Assembly: GCA_030390025.1 (NCBI GenBank)
Contig: CM059432.1
Location: forward strand, 43,154,001-43,218,000
Length of the DNA stretch: 64,000 nt
Direction: 5' to 3'
From: Squalus acanthias
Lineage: Eukaryota
The translations under genes were made by a program, and so were the position numbers. The notes under the pieces are model-generated. The model saw only the letters and a list, made by a program, of their open reading frames with translations. It did not search any database and was not told the DNA's origin. Below are positions 35,680 through 48,500 of the stretch, one piece after another (position 1 is the first letter of the stretch; each line of letters opens with the position of its first letter).

Positions 35680-35795
35680 TATGTGCAACATGGCTGCCGC
35701 CTTACCTACATTAGAACAATGATTACACTTTAAAAGTACTTTGGGGCATCCTGAGGTCATGAAAGGCACAATATAAACACAAGTTCTTTCTTTAG
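35680..35795 (+). mobile_element. Deu-SINE 3' fragment
   Basis: Matches 10950-11089. Confidence 0.65.
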
Positions 35796-35944
35796 TGCAT
35801 ATGTAAAGATTTCCTAATGCATTTTTTGTATTTTCAAAACACATTTATTTATTTTTATATTTCATGCATTCAGTAATTATTTACTGAGGTAACAAAGGCC
35901 CAGATGAGGGTTTCTTAGCAATGTGGAACAGACAATTAAATGTG

Positions 35945-36750
35945 AACTAAAACCAGAAAATGCTGGAAATATTTAGCAGGTCGTGCTCTGTGGAGAGAGA
36001 AACAGAGTTAACGTGTCAGGTTAATGACCTTTCATCAGAACTGGAAAATGTTACAGATGTAATAGGTTTTAAGTAAGTACAAAGGCAGGTAAATGGGGGA
36101 TGGGAGAAAAGAACAAAAGGGAAGGTCTGTGATAGGGTGGAAGTCAGGAGAGATTGAATGACAAAAGGGATGATGGTGCAAGGCAAAGGGGGATGGTAAT
36201 GGAACAAGTAAAGAAATAAAAGATGGGTCTAGAAGAGGTGTAACTGGGAATAGCAGAATTGTCACCAGCTGCCATCTGAAAAGATGAGGGCAGAGGTTAT
36301 GGTCTGAAATTATTGAACTCAGTCTTGAGTCCGGAAGGCTGCAAAGTGCCTAATTGAAAGATGAGGTGCTGTTCCTCGAGCTTATGTGAGCTTCATTGGA
36401 ACAGAGTAGGAGGCCAAGGATGGAGAGGTCAGAGTGAGAGTGGAGAGGAGAATTAAAGTGACAGGCGGTCAGAAGCTCAGGGTCACGCTTGCGGACTGAA
36501 CGGAGGTGTTCCGCAAAGCGGTCACCCAATCTGCGTTTGGTCTCCCTAATGTAGAGGAGCAGCGAATACAGTATACTAAATTGCAAGAAGTACAAGTAAA
36601 TCGCTGTTTCACCTGTTTGGGGCCCTGGATGGTGGGAAAGGAGGAGTTAAAAGGTCAGGTGTGGCACCTCCTGCTCTTGCACGAGAAGGTGCCGTGGGAA
36701 GGGGAGGGGGTGTTGGGGTGATTGTGGAGTGGACCAGGGTGTCGCAGTCA
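35945..36750 (-). mobile_element. Penelope-like retroelement fragment (GIY-YIG endonuclease plus pLTR)
   Basis: LLYIRETKRRLGDRFAEHLRSV...HFNSPLHSHSDLSILGL (36350-36595) is a PLE GIY-YIG signature; the pLTR carries a hammerhead-like core. Confidence 0.85.
36006..36042 (-). ncRNA. Degenerate minimal type I hammerhead ribozyme
   Basis: Minus strand AGTT-CTGATGA-A-AGGT-CATTA-ACCT-GACA-CGTT-AACT; stems I and II form; the GAAA box reads GACA. Confidence 0.55.
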
Positions 36751-37752
36751 CTTCAGAATGCTAGTGACTGATAGTTTTAATGCCAGTTCTCTTCTCTTCC
36801 AGTTAAATGTGAGTTTGTTGGTTCCCTGAGACACTGGTCTCAAATTTGAATCTGCAATATAACACGTCCTTAAATATTGATAAGCAATCTTTGTGCATGG
36901 CTGGTTTTGTTATGCAAAATGAACAGAATGTAGAAAGGATTCACAACAATAACATGATCAGTATTTGATCATAATAAATGTCAGGTTTTTTTTGTTCGTT
37001 CCTGGGATGTGGGCGTCGCTGCCATTTATTGCCCATCCCTAATTGCCCTTGAGAAGATAGTGAACCGCTGCAATCCATGTGGTGAAGGTACTCCCACAGT
37101 GCTGTTAGGGAGGGAGTTCCAGGATTTTGACCTAACGACAATGAATGAACTACGATATATTTCCAAGTTAGGACGGTATGTGACTTGGAGGGGAACTTGA
37201 AGGTGAACTTGGAGGAGGTGGTGTTCCCATGTGCCTGCTGCCTAGTCTTTCAAAGCGGTTGAGGTCATGGGTTTGGGAGGTGCTTTCGAAGAAGCCTTTG
37301 CAAGTTGCTGCAGTGCATCTTGTAGATGGTTCACACTGCAGCCACGGTGTACCGGTTGTGGAGGGAGTGAATGTTTAAGGTGGTGGATGGGGTGCCAATC
37401 AAGCGGGCTGCTTTGTCCTGGATGGTGGCGAGCTTCTTCAGTGTTGTTGGAGCTGCACTCATCCAGGCAAGTGGAGAGTATTCCATCACACTCCTGACTT
37501 GTGCCTTGTAGATGGTGGAAAGGCTTTGGGGAGTTAGTGGGTGAGACACTCACCACAGAATACCCAGCCTCTGACCTGCTCTTGTAACCACAGTATTTAT
37601 GTGGCTGGTCCAGTTAAGTTTCTGGTCAATGGTGATCCCCAGGATGTTGGTGGTGGGGGATTCAGCGATGGTAATGCCATTGAATGTCAAGGGCGGTGGT
37701 TAGACTCTCTCTTGTTGGAGATAGTCATTGCCTGGCTCTTATGTGGTGCAAA

Positions 37753-39252
37753 GCGGAAGGGCTTGCCATAATTTTCCAATCTTCCCTAGATGCGGGGGAG
37801 GCACCTGAGGATTGGAAAGTGGCACATGTGACACCATTGTTCAAGAAAGGGTGTAAGGACAATCCTAATAACTACAGGCCGGTCAGATTAACATCAGTGG
37901 TGGGTAAAGTTTTAGAAACAATAATCAAGGAAAAAATTAACGGGCACTTGGAGAGGTTTAAGCTAATGAAGGAGAGCCAACACGGATTTGTAAAAGGCAG
38001 ATCGTGTTTGACTAATCTAATTGAATTTTTTGATGAAGTAACAGAAAGGATTGATGAAGGGAATGCAATGGATGTTGTCTACATGGATTTTAGGAAGGTG
38101 TTTGACAAAGTAGCCACATAGAAGGCTGGTTAACAAAATTGAGGCTCATGGAATAGGTGGGTCAGTGGCAGCTTGGATAAGAATTGGCTTAAGGACAGAA
38201 AACAGCGAGTTGTGGTAAATGGCTGTTTTTCAGACTGGAGGATGGTAGACAGTGGTGTTCCCCAAGGGTCAGTGCTAGGGCCACTGCTTTTTTTGATATA
38301 TATAAATGACCTGGATATTGGAATACAGAGTAGAATTTCTAAATTTGCCGATTACACCAAACTTGGGAGTGTGGCAAACAGTGAGCATGATACCAATCGA
38401 CTGCAGCAGGACATAGAAAGGCTAGCAGAATGGGCAGATGGAATTTAATACAGAGAAGTGTGAGGTGATGCATTTTGGCAGAAGAAACTGGGAGAGGCAA
38501 TATACACTTAATGGCACAGTTTTAAAGAGTGTGCAGGGACAGAGGGACCTGGGAGTTAATGCGCATAGGTCCCTGAAGGTGACAGGACATATTGAGAGAG
38601 TGGTTAACAAAGCATATGGGATGTTGGGCTTCATAAATAGAGGTATTGAGTACAAAAATAGAGAAGTTATGCTGAACCTTTATAAAGCGCTGGTTAGGCC
38701 ACAACTGGCGTATTGCGTCCAGTTCTGGTCACCACACTTTAGGAAGGATGTGAAGACCCTGAGAGGGTGCAGAGGAGATTTACCAGAATGGTTCCGGGAT
38801 GGGGAATCTTAGCTACAAGGACAGGTTGGAGAAGCTGGATTTGTTTTCATTACAGCAAAGGAGGTTGAGAGGTGATTTGATAGAGGTGTACAAGATTATG
38901 ATGGGTTTGGAGAGGCTAGACGGGAAAAGGCTGTTTCCACTAGTTAATGGTACAAGGAGTAGGGGACACAAATTTAAGGTTTTGGGCAAGAGATACAGGG
39001 TGGAAGTGAGGAAAAACCTTTTTACACAGCGAGTGGTGATGACCTGGAACTCGCTGCCGATGGAAGTGGTGGAAGCGGAAACACTCAATATTTTCAACTG
39101 GAGACTGGATAGGGAATAGAGGGAAATAAACTTGCAGGGCTATGGGGATAGAGCAGGGGAATGGGACTGACTGGATTGCTCTACAGAGAGCCAGCATGGA
39201 CTCAATGTGCCGAATGGCCTCTTTCTGTGCCGTTATGACTCTATGATTCTAT
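37753..39252 (+). mobile_element. 5'-truncated CR1 (RT), frameshifted; tail continues at 40131-40141
   Basis: NYRPVRLTSVVGK, SGVPQGSVLGP, FADYTK; tail gactctatgattctat. Confidence 0.9.
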
Positions 39253-40130
39253 GGGCTGGATTTTACCTGCCGAGAGGAGTTGGGGGCGGGACTGCTGCCT
39301 TCTGGGTTCTAGTCCTGCCCCCAGCGACGTCCGACACACAGACGCTATTTTCCCCTGATTGGCCTTGTTAAGCCCACCCTGTGGGCTTGCTAGCCAATTA
39401 AGGGAAAGCCGGTGTCAGATGACATCAGTTGATGATGCTTCATCTGCCGATTTTCTTGGAGGGACAGGAACCATTTATTTTTGACAGATGATTTGACAGT
39501 GTTTGACAGCATTGAGGTGCTGTCAAACACTGACAATCACTGTACAAAGGTGAGCCCTTGCTCCCAGGCTCTCCAATGACTCTCTCCTTAGGATAAAACA
39601 GATGGCTGCTGCAGGTAAGGGTACAGAAGCGATCTGTCACTTCTCCCAATGAGGTGAGGGCACACAAACACTTCAAAGCTTGTCACCTACAGAAATATCT
39701 AAACACATTTAAAATGACTTTCCCAACATTTCCTTACCTCTGATACTCACCAGTGTCCCATTGCATCCTTCACACCACTTCTGCAGCTGTCATCTATACA
39801 CAAACATTATAACAGACCCACAGCACGCCTCACTTACTCTAGCGGTGTTCCCCAACGTCAGGAAGCCCGCAGCAGAAGTCTCAAAATGGGAAAAAGTCTC
39901 TTAACAGCTGTTAACTACCTGTTAACAGGCAGTTAAGTGGCTATAATCCTCTTTCCGCTGCTAGGAGTCGGGTCCCTGCACAAATCAGGTACCTGACTCC
40001 CGGGAAAATTAGTTGGAGGCGGGTTGGGAGCGGGTTTGGGACCTGCTCCCATTCTTTTTGATTTTCCCAGCAGTCCCACCTCCAGTCCCACCTCCAGACC
40101 CGCCTCCTCAGGGCTGGTAAAATCCAGCCC
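39253..40130 (+). mobile_element. Harbinger-type MITE, family M1 (diverged)
   Basis: TIR GGGCTGGATTTTACC / GGTAAAATCCAGCCC; TAT TSD at 39250-39252 and 40131-40133. Confidence 0.9.
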
Positions 40131-40141
40131 TATGACTCTAA

Positions 40142-40958
40142 GGGGGAGAAATTTGTTATCGCCCCATTTGGGGCGCAAATATCGGCCGGGCGCAAAGTTT
40201 AGCGCCTGGCATTAATTATCGCTTCTGACTGCAAACTTGGCTTCTATCGCCCCTGGAGGTGATTGGAGTGCTAAATCAGGCGCTACACACCTCTCTTAAG
40301 GCACTAAGGCCGAGGAGCAAGGCACTACTTCAGAGCGCTGGCGAAGCTCATGTGATGTCAGTCAGCAATGGAACACAGACACACTGGCGCCGGCCAGTTC
40401 TTAAAGGGGAGGGTTGATCTTGCTCTCCATCCACACCCTGCTCATTGCAGCCTTGAATCTTGGCCTGGAGAGACCTGTACATCAAATCTGCTGGAAAGAA
40501 CAATGGAGAGGCCCAGGGAAAGAGCTCAGAGTGCAGCCCCCAAGTCTCTTCTAAATCGATGCAAGGAAGGTCAAATCAAAATGAACCTGCAAAGTGCTGC
40601 TCAGTACCCAAAACTCCTTCACACAGCGTTGAATCTCTCCAGAAGCCTCTTTCTCTCTGCGTGGTGCAAAAATGTCGCCGACAAAAAAAGGCAGGAAGCG
40701 GTCACCTTTAAATAGCGCTCCCCCAGTCCCTTCCCGACTGCAAAATGCTCCCCTCAACCTGTCGTTGCTAGCGGCAGGCGGTAAGGCAGGGGGCGCCACT
40801 CAATATCCGGTCTGGGGCGCTACCGGGGCATTGCACGCTCGACTGTCGTCATGATCTGCGGGCGCAGGAGATTGTGGCCGTAGTGTTTAGCGCCGCCGCA
40901 AAATGTCTGGTCAATTAGGGCGCTAACAGGAGGCGCAAAGCAACCGAATTTTTCCCCC
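40142..40958 (+). mobile_element. Harbinger MITE, family M2
   Basis: TIR GGGGGAGAAATT / AATTTTTCCCCC; TAA TSD at 40139-40141 and 40959-40961; colinear with 7500-8392. Confidence 0.9.
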
Positions 40959-41269
40959 TAAATGTTACTTGCCACTTATCAACCCAAGCCTGAATGTTGT
41001 CCAGGTCTTGCTGCATGCGGGCATGGACTGCTTCATTATCTGAGGATTTGCAAATGGAACTAAACACTGTGCAATGATCAGCAAATATCCTCACTTCTGA
41101 TCCTATGATGGAGGGAAGTTATTGATGAAGCAGTGATGTCCTGGGGCTGAGATGATTGGCCTCCAACAAACACAACCATCTTCCTTTGTGCTAGGTATGA
41201 CTCCAGCTTTCCCCCAATTCCCAAATTTACAAAAATTGTCTTTATAACTTACAGAATGCTTGTATTGGC

Positions 41270-41400
41270 AACGGAAAATGCTGGAAACACTCAGCACGTC
41301 AGGCAGCATCTCTCCACAGATGGTGCCTAACCTGCTGAGTGTTTCCAGCCTTTTCAGTTGTTATTTCAGATTTCCAGCATCGACAGTATTTTGCTATTGT
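41270..41400. mobile_element. Penelope pLTR remnant (inverted repeat)
   Basis: gaaaatgctggaaacactcagca...tgctgagtgtttccagccttttc; matches 35955-35982. Confidence 0.65.
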
Positions 41401-41512
41401 ACAGAATGCTTGTGTTTGATTATGGGAGCTAACCTATAATGTGATGATAAAGTATGAAAAAGGGTTTCCTATGATGGCTCTTACATCAATTTTTTGTCCA
41501 AGTAAACACTAA

Positions 41513-42211
41513 GGGGGGATAATTCGGTGACGCCCCCTTTGGGGCGCTAACGTCGCCTAGGCACTAATTTTAGCGCCCCAAAAAAGTTAGCGCCACTGCG
41601 CCGTAAATTCAGTAGTAGTGCTCCATGCAGGAGACGGGGCACTACTGGAAGCGCTCCCCCTCCTTCTTGGGGCGCAACCAGTGAATTTCGCGGCACTATG
41701 TGCAACAGTGCCACGCGCGTCGGCACGTAGCGCCATGTCATTGCAGGCCTCCCTCCCCTGATTAAATGGGAGGGGCTGGGTGCTGCGCGCACCAGGACCC
41801 TGCTGGACCACCAGGGAGCGGGGTGCTGGGAAAAGAACCCGGCACGCAAGAGGAGTGCCGGGCTGAGAGATCGCGGCCGGCACCCTGATGAAAAAAGGGG
41901 AAGGGAGCAGGTGCTGGCAGTCAGCCAAAAAAAAATGGCCGCCTGACACCTGACCTTCAAGTAGCGCCACCGCCGCTGCAAAAACACCACCCTGACCCTT
42001 TCGGACATATCGTCCGGTGATAGGTCAGGGGGCGCAACCCAAGTTTGCGGCCAGGGCGCAAGCGGGACGCTGTGCACGGCGATGACGTCATCGCTGGCAG
42101 CGAAGCGCCACGGGGCGCTACCGGCTACCGCTGAATTTCGCGGGAGGCGTTAGCGGCGCCGTGCCCCTGGGGGCGCTAACGGGAGGCGCAAAGCAACCCA
42201 ATTTTTCCCCC
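41513..42211 (+). mobile_element. Harbinger MITE, family M3
   Basis: GGGGGGATAATT / AATTTTTCCCCC; flanks TAA/TAT; GGCGCTAA repeats; colinear with 61996-62695. Confidence 0.85.
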
Positions 42212-42489
42212 TATCCACTGAAGCTAGGAATATCAATGGGAAAGCATCAAAAATGAGTGTTATAGAACTCTTGCTGTTGCTTGTGTATTATAAGTAACAG
42301 TTGCATGGACAGTTGGATTTCTGAGTCAGTTTACAGTTACATCCAAATAATGGTGACAGATAGTTTTACTGCCAACAGCCAAACCAAATACTGTAAAATA
42401 ATTACGGAATGCATGAAATTTAAAAATAAATAAATGTGTTTTGAAAATACAGAAAATGCATTAGGAAATCTTTACACGTGCACTAAGGG

Positions 42490-42685
42490 AAGAAAGAACT
42501 TGTATTTATAATGCGACGTTCATGACCTCAGGACACCCCGAAGTACTTTTAAAGTGTAATCACTGTTCTAGTGTAGGTAAGACAGGCAGCCATGTTGCGC
42601 ACAGCAAAGTCCCACAAACAGCAATGTGATAATGACCAGATAATCTGTTTTAGTAATGGTGGTTGAGGGATAAACATTGGCCAAC
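42490..42685 (-). mobile_element. Deu-SINE 3' fragment
   Basis: Reverse complement of 10865-11089. Confidence 0.7.
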
Positions 42686-43374
42686 CACTGAGCCACAGCT
42701 GACATACATTTCAAATATTATGAATACGTCACTGATGTAGTCAGCTGAGGTTTAGGTTGTTGGGGAGAATACTTAAGAGATTATGAGATTAACATTAATT
42801 TTTAAATATTATATAAAGAAGTAAATTGTATGAAAACTCTTATTAAATACCGCAGGAGCAGTCACAAGATATTGATGTGCTCCTGGTCAAACACCATGGT
42901 TGGCTACTAAAACCTTTGTCTTGTGACATGCAATTCTGTGTTTTATGCCAGTCCTGTAACACTGTAGAGCAGACTCAATGCACAGAATGTAAGAAAGACA
43001 TTTTTATAAAAAATCATTATAAGCATGTTAGAAGGTCTTTTCTTGTATGTCATCTAGTTTATACAAGTTATGAATTCCTCAGTCACTGTCAAATTCAGAA
43101 GTTTAGGGTTAGTTTTAAAAGGAAAACCATTTTTTTTAATGCTCTTCATTTCTTTTCTCAGTTAGGTAAGAAATGTGATTGAGAAAGGTATGGTTTTTTT
43201 TATAAATTAGTTTCTGTAGTTGAGCGATTATTATTAGTTCAGAATTATGAAAAAATGCAGTCACATCAAATGTTATTCATAATTATTTGTTCCAAAAATA
43301 TTTCTTGGTACAAGCTAGTGTCAGAAGCTGTTGCATGAAAATCTACTCTCTGAGCCATATAGGATAAAGACTTG

Positions 43375-44805
43375 GGGGGCCATTTTCTGACGTCGGAGGA
43401 GGCGGGTTTGGAGGCGGGAAAGGCGGGAAAATCAAAATCGAAGAGGTCGGGTTCAGAACCCGCCTCCAACCCACTTCCGCGGGATTTTGCCAGTGCCGGT
43501 TTTGGAGGTCGGGAAATGCTCCCGCCTCCAGGGGCCATTGCGCCATTAAAGATCCTTAAATGCTCATTACGGGCCTCTCTAAGCCTATTTTGAGAGGCCC
43601 TCGTGATTTTTCCAGCTTTTCGGTGTGATCCACGCACCTCCTAAACCACGCCAGGTAAACCTGGCGGGTTGACTCGTGGGTGGCCTCCTCACTGCTGCAG
43701 GTCTAACAAGACATCGTTTATTGCAGCAAGGGTTACTTGCAGGTGCCAGACCTTGGTTTTAAAAGGTCTTTGATCAGTTTTAGAAGGCCTTCCAAAGTCG
43801 GAGGTGCTGCAGCTTGACTCCATCAACTGTGGGACCTCTTTGGAAGGCCCGCTCCCCGCTTGCAATGAGCGCTTCCCCAAATGAGGCATCTACAAGCAGC
43901 ATGGAAACCATTCGTTTTCTTTTTGCATGGACCTCAGATGAGGATGAGGAGGAGGAGGAGAAGGATCTGGAGGAGGAGGAGGAGGAGGAGGAGGAGGTCA
44001 GAGCGCCAGTGTATCGACCAGCGGCAGCGGCAGCATGCGAGCACATGGCTGCCCGGGATGCAAGGGATGAACTTATCATGACCAGATTTACATAGGTTGC
44101 CCAAGTTGGCACATGTCCTTGGCTCCATCCTAGGACATCATTGACAATGGACATGACTCTCTGGCCTCCATTCACTCAGGCCACCAACCTGACAACGCAA
44201 GTGTGGCGGTGCCCGCAATGTGGAGCTGCCTAAGGCGAAAGAACAGATGGCATAACGCCAACATTTTGGCTTCAAATCATTTTAATGCTTTCCAACAGGG
44301 ATGGCATTTAATCAATACACAGAAACAGTCTCCCAATCTGCACACAAATCTGGAGGTTATATCCCTTGCCAGCTGTACCCACACAGCCTTGGTTTCTTTG
44401 GCAGGCCTCTTCCTCCGAGATGAGTGGAAGAGCACCTCCATGCTAGCTGTCACCCCATCAAACAACATTTGCAGCGCCTCATCCAAGAGCCTCGGGTAGG
44501 CCCTTGCCTTGGAATTGGACATAGTGGTTTCTCAAAGATGTTGGAGGTGGTGCAGGAGACGCAGAAATGCTGTGGAATGAGCCAAGGGAGCAAGAAGCCA
44601 TAAAATCAGACTGGAAAAGTGCTGTCAAAAGAGGCGAGTTTCAGTCCCAAAACACTAATTGAGCAAGGGCATCCCACACCTCTGAAATCAAGTGGCCAAT
44701 CATGGGAAAATTGCAAATATTTGAAACCTATCAGTGGAGGCGAGTTTCAAACCCACCCAAACTGAAACCCGCCTCCATCTCGCCTCCAGTGGGAAAATCG
44801 CCCCC
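43375..44805. mobile_element. Harbinger element E (both genes internally deleted)
   Basis: TIR GGGGGCCATTTTC / GAAAATCGCCCCC; TTG TSD at 43372-43374 and 44806-44808; fused transposase stubs at 43901-44095 (+); Myb exon 1 remnant at 44337-44522 (-). Confidence 0.88.
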
Positions 44806-45525
44806 TTGGAGCTGCTATTGATGCTGATTCTTGGGGGGCGAATTTCCCAGCCCCGAGGAGGCGGGTTTGGAGGCGGGACAGTTGGCAAAATGGCAAAAAC
44901 TGAGGGTGGTTTCGGAACCCGACTCCAACCCGCCTCCACGCAATTTTGCCAGAGGCGGGTTTGATGAGCGCGATTCGGTCCTGCCTCCATCAGTCGGGCG
45001 AGGTAGTTAAGACCCTTAAATAGTAGTTAAGGGCCTCTATAATCCTATTTTGATAGGCCTTTGTTATTTTACCACATTTTCAGCATGTTGCACAGACCTC
45101 CTAAACCACGCCAGCTAATCCTGGCAGCTTGACAAGTGGGTGGCCTCCTCACAGCTGCAGCTCCACCATTAAAACCGAGCTTTCATCAGGGAGCAGTTGC
45201 AGGTGGCAGAACTTTTGTTTCACAGGTCTTTCAGCACTTTTAGCAGGCTTACCGAAGTCGGAGGTGCTGCAGTGGGGGCGTGTCAGGTGGTTTTCGTGTC
45301 AGGAACCCGACTCCGATGTGAAGTGGGAAAAAAGTGCAATTTTCCCCTAATTGGGCACTTGATTTCCAGCGTGTGGGAACCCCTGGCCCAATTAGTCTTT
45401 CTATCCTGAAAGTCGCCTCCGATGACGTCATCAGTGCTGCTGGATTTAAGGCCTGCAAGCTGCCTTGCTTCTTCTGGAGACTGCAAACTTTATGGCCATT
45501 GTTGTGATCGCTTCATTCAGCAAAT

Positions 45526-48500
45526 ATGTCCAGCAGTAGACCAAAGTGTGCTCCACGGTTTGATGAGGCCGCCCTGCAAGCTCTGGTGGAGGAGCAAGAT
45601 CAAATAAGGAGGTGTTCTTCCCTTCCTCAGGGAGGAAGAAGCCTCCCCAGCAGACTAAAGCTGTGTGGATGCAAGTGGCCCAGGAGGTCAACTCAATGTC
45701 TATGTGCCGCAGAACTTGGCTGCAGTGCAGGAAGAGGTTTCATGAACTTCTCCGCACAGGAAAAGTGAGTATGACTTTCCCATCACCCTCAATCTGATCC
45801 CCATTGCCTCTCCTCACCAGCACACAGCTTTGCCAACCACTTCCTTCACATCCCACTTGACCCTTACATCCCTGCACCCTTAGCCATTCCCTCTCTTTGT
45901 ATGTTCACATTCACTTAACTATTCGACGATGCAGCCCTCACACTCCCTATCGCTGTGATGCTATGACAACAACTTTCAACACACAGGGAGGGCCCTTGGT
46001 CTTGGCACCTCACTCTATCTTTGTGTCCTTCTAAGCATCTATGCTATGGATTCTCTACACTCATACATAGATACATACATAGAAGATAGGAGCAGGAGTA
46101 GGCCATCCGGCCCTTCGAGCCTGCTCCGCCATTTAATGAGATCATGGCTGATCCTTCAATTCAGTATCCCGTCCCCGCCTTCTCTCCGTAACCCTTAACC
46201 CCTTTTGCCTGTAGAAATATATCTAATTCCCTCTTAAATATATTTAATGAGCTGGCGTACACTGCCCTCTGTGGCAATGAGTTCCACAGGTTCACCACTC
46301 TCTGAGTGAAGAAATTCCCCCTCATTTCTGTCCTAAATGGTTTAGCCCTTATCCTTAAATTATGTCCTCTAGTTCTGTTCTCACCCGCCAAGGGAAACAT
46401 TCCTTCTGCATCTAATCTGTCTAGACCTGTCAGAATTTTATACACTTCTATGAGGTCCCCTCTCAATCTTCTAAACTCCAGTGTGTACATCCCTAAACTA
46501 CATAGTCTCTCCTCATAGGTCAATCCCGCCATTCCTGGTATCAGCCTGGTGAATCGCCGCTGCACCCCCTCCATGGCAAGAACATCTTTCCTCAGATGAG
46601 GCGACCAAAACTGTACACAGTACTCGAGGTGTGGTCTCACCAGTGCCCTGTACAGCTGCAGCAAGGTATCCCTGTTCCTGTATTCCAACCCTTTTGCTAT
46701 GAAGGCCAGCATACCGTTTGCCTTCTTGACCGCCTGTTGCACCTGCATGCTCGCCTTCAGTGACTGGTGTACAAGAACACCCAGGTCTCTCTGTACTTCC
46801 CCCTCTCCCAATTTATTGCCATTTAAATAATAATTTGCCCTCCCGTTCCTGCACCCAAGGTGGATAACTTCGCACTTGTCCACATTATAGTGCATCTGCC
46901 ATTTATCCGCCCAATCACCCAGTCTGTCCAAATCGCTCTGGAGCTTCCTGGTCTCCTCCTCTGAGCCCACCCCCCCTCCTAGTTTAGTGTCGTCTGCAAA
47001 TTTGGAAATGCTGCATTCGACTCCCTGATCCAGGTCATTAATATAAATTGTGAACAGCTGGGGACCCAGGACAGATCCCTGTGGTACCCCACTTGTTACT
47101 GCCTGCCATTCAGAAAATGAGCCGTTTATTCCAACTCTCTGTTTTCTATCTGACAGCCAGTTCTCTATCCACGTCAATACTTTCCCCTTTATCCCATGAG
47201 CTTCAATTTTCCATGCTAATCTTTTATGTGGGACCTTATCGAAGGCCTTTTGGAAGTCCAGGTACACCACATCTACTGGCTCTCCCCCATCTATTTTACC
47301 AGTTACTCCCTCAAAAAATTCCAATAGATTAGTCAAGCACGATTTACCCTTTGTAAATCCATGTTGACTCTGTCCTATCCTGTCCCCATTTGCTAAGTGC
47401 TCGGCTATTTCATCCTTAATGATGGACTCCAGCATTTTGCCCACAACTGATGTAAGGCTTACAGGTCTGTAATTACCTGCTTTTTCCCTACCCCCCTTTT
47501 TGAATAGTGGGGTAACGTTAGCTACCCTCCAATCCATGGGCACTGTTCCCGAGTCTAATGAATTCTGAAAAATCATGCTTAGTGCATCCGCTATCTCTAG
47601 GGCCACCTCCTTCAGTACCCTAGGATGCATGTTATCAGGCCCTGGGGATTTGTCCGCCTTCAATCCCTTTAGCTTCCTTAACACCATATCCTTAGAGATA
47701 TTGATTTGCGTCAGTTCCTCCTTTGCCAATGTCCCTATTTTTCCCGATATCCCAGGGAGGTTTTTTGTGTCTTCCTTCGTAAAGACTGACCCAAAGTATG
47801 CATTTAGTTGGTCTGCCATTTCCTTATTTCCCATTATATATTCCCCCGTATCTGACTGCAATGGACCAACTTTGGTTTTCACCAGTCTTTTCCTCTTGAT
47901 ATACTTATAAAAGCTTTTGGAGTTAGTTTTTATATTTTCCGCCAGCTTGCTTTCGTAAGCTATTTTGCCCTTCTTGATTAAGCCCTTTGCCCTCCTTTGC
48001 TCTATCTTAAACTGTTCCCAATCTTCCGCTCTGGCGTGTTTTTTGGCTATTTTATACGCCCTATCTTTGGATTTTATGCTGTCTCTAATTTCCCCTGTTA
48101 TCCACGGTTGAGTCACCTTTTTAGATTTCCTTTTATGCCAGATTGGTATAAACAATTTTTGCAATTTTGTCATTCTATCTTTAAATGCTTGCCATTGTTT
48201 ATCTACCTCCAGTCCTCCCAGGAACGTTGTCCAATCAGACCTACTCAGTTCCCGTCTAATGGCATCATAATTCCCCTTGTTTAAATTCAGGACCTGAGTC
48301 TCTGAGTCAATTTCTTCGCTCTCCATTTCGAGTGAGAAATCGATCATGTTATGATCGCTCTGACCCAAGGGTCCCCGTACAACAAGATTACTAATTAGTC
48401 CCTTCTCATTGCACAGTACCCAGTCCAATATAGCCTGTTCCCGAGTTGGTTCCTCGACATATTGATCCAGATAACCATCCCTTAAACACTCACTCCTTCA

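Larger units (their letters stand above)
36985..41210 (-). mobile_element. CR1/L2-group LINE 3' fragment (36985-37752 and 40962-41210) split by a CR1 and two MITEs
   Basis: IYKAQVRSVMEYSPLAWM; ...tgtggtgcaa joins atgttacttgccac; homologous to 9810-11720. Confidence 0.82.
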
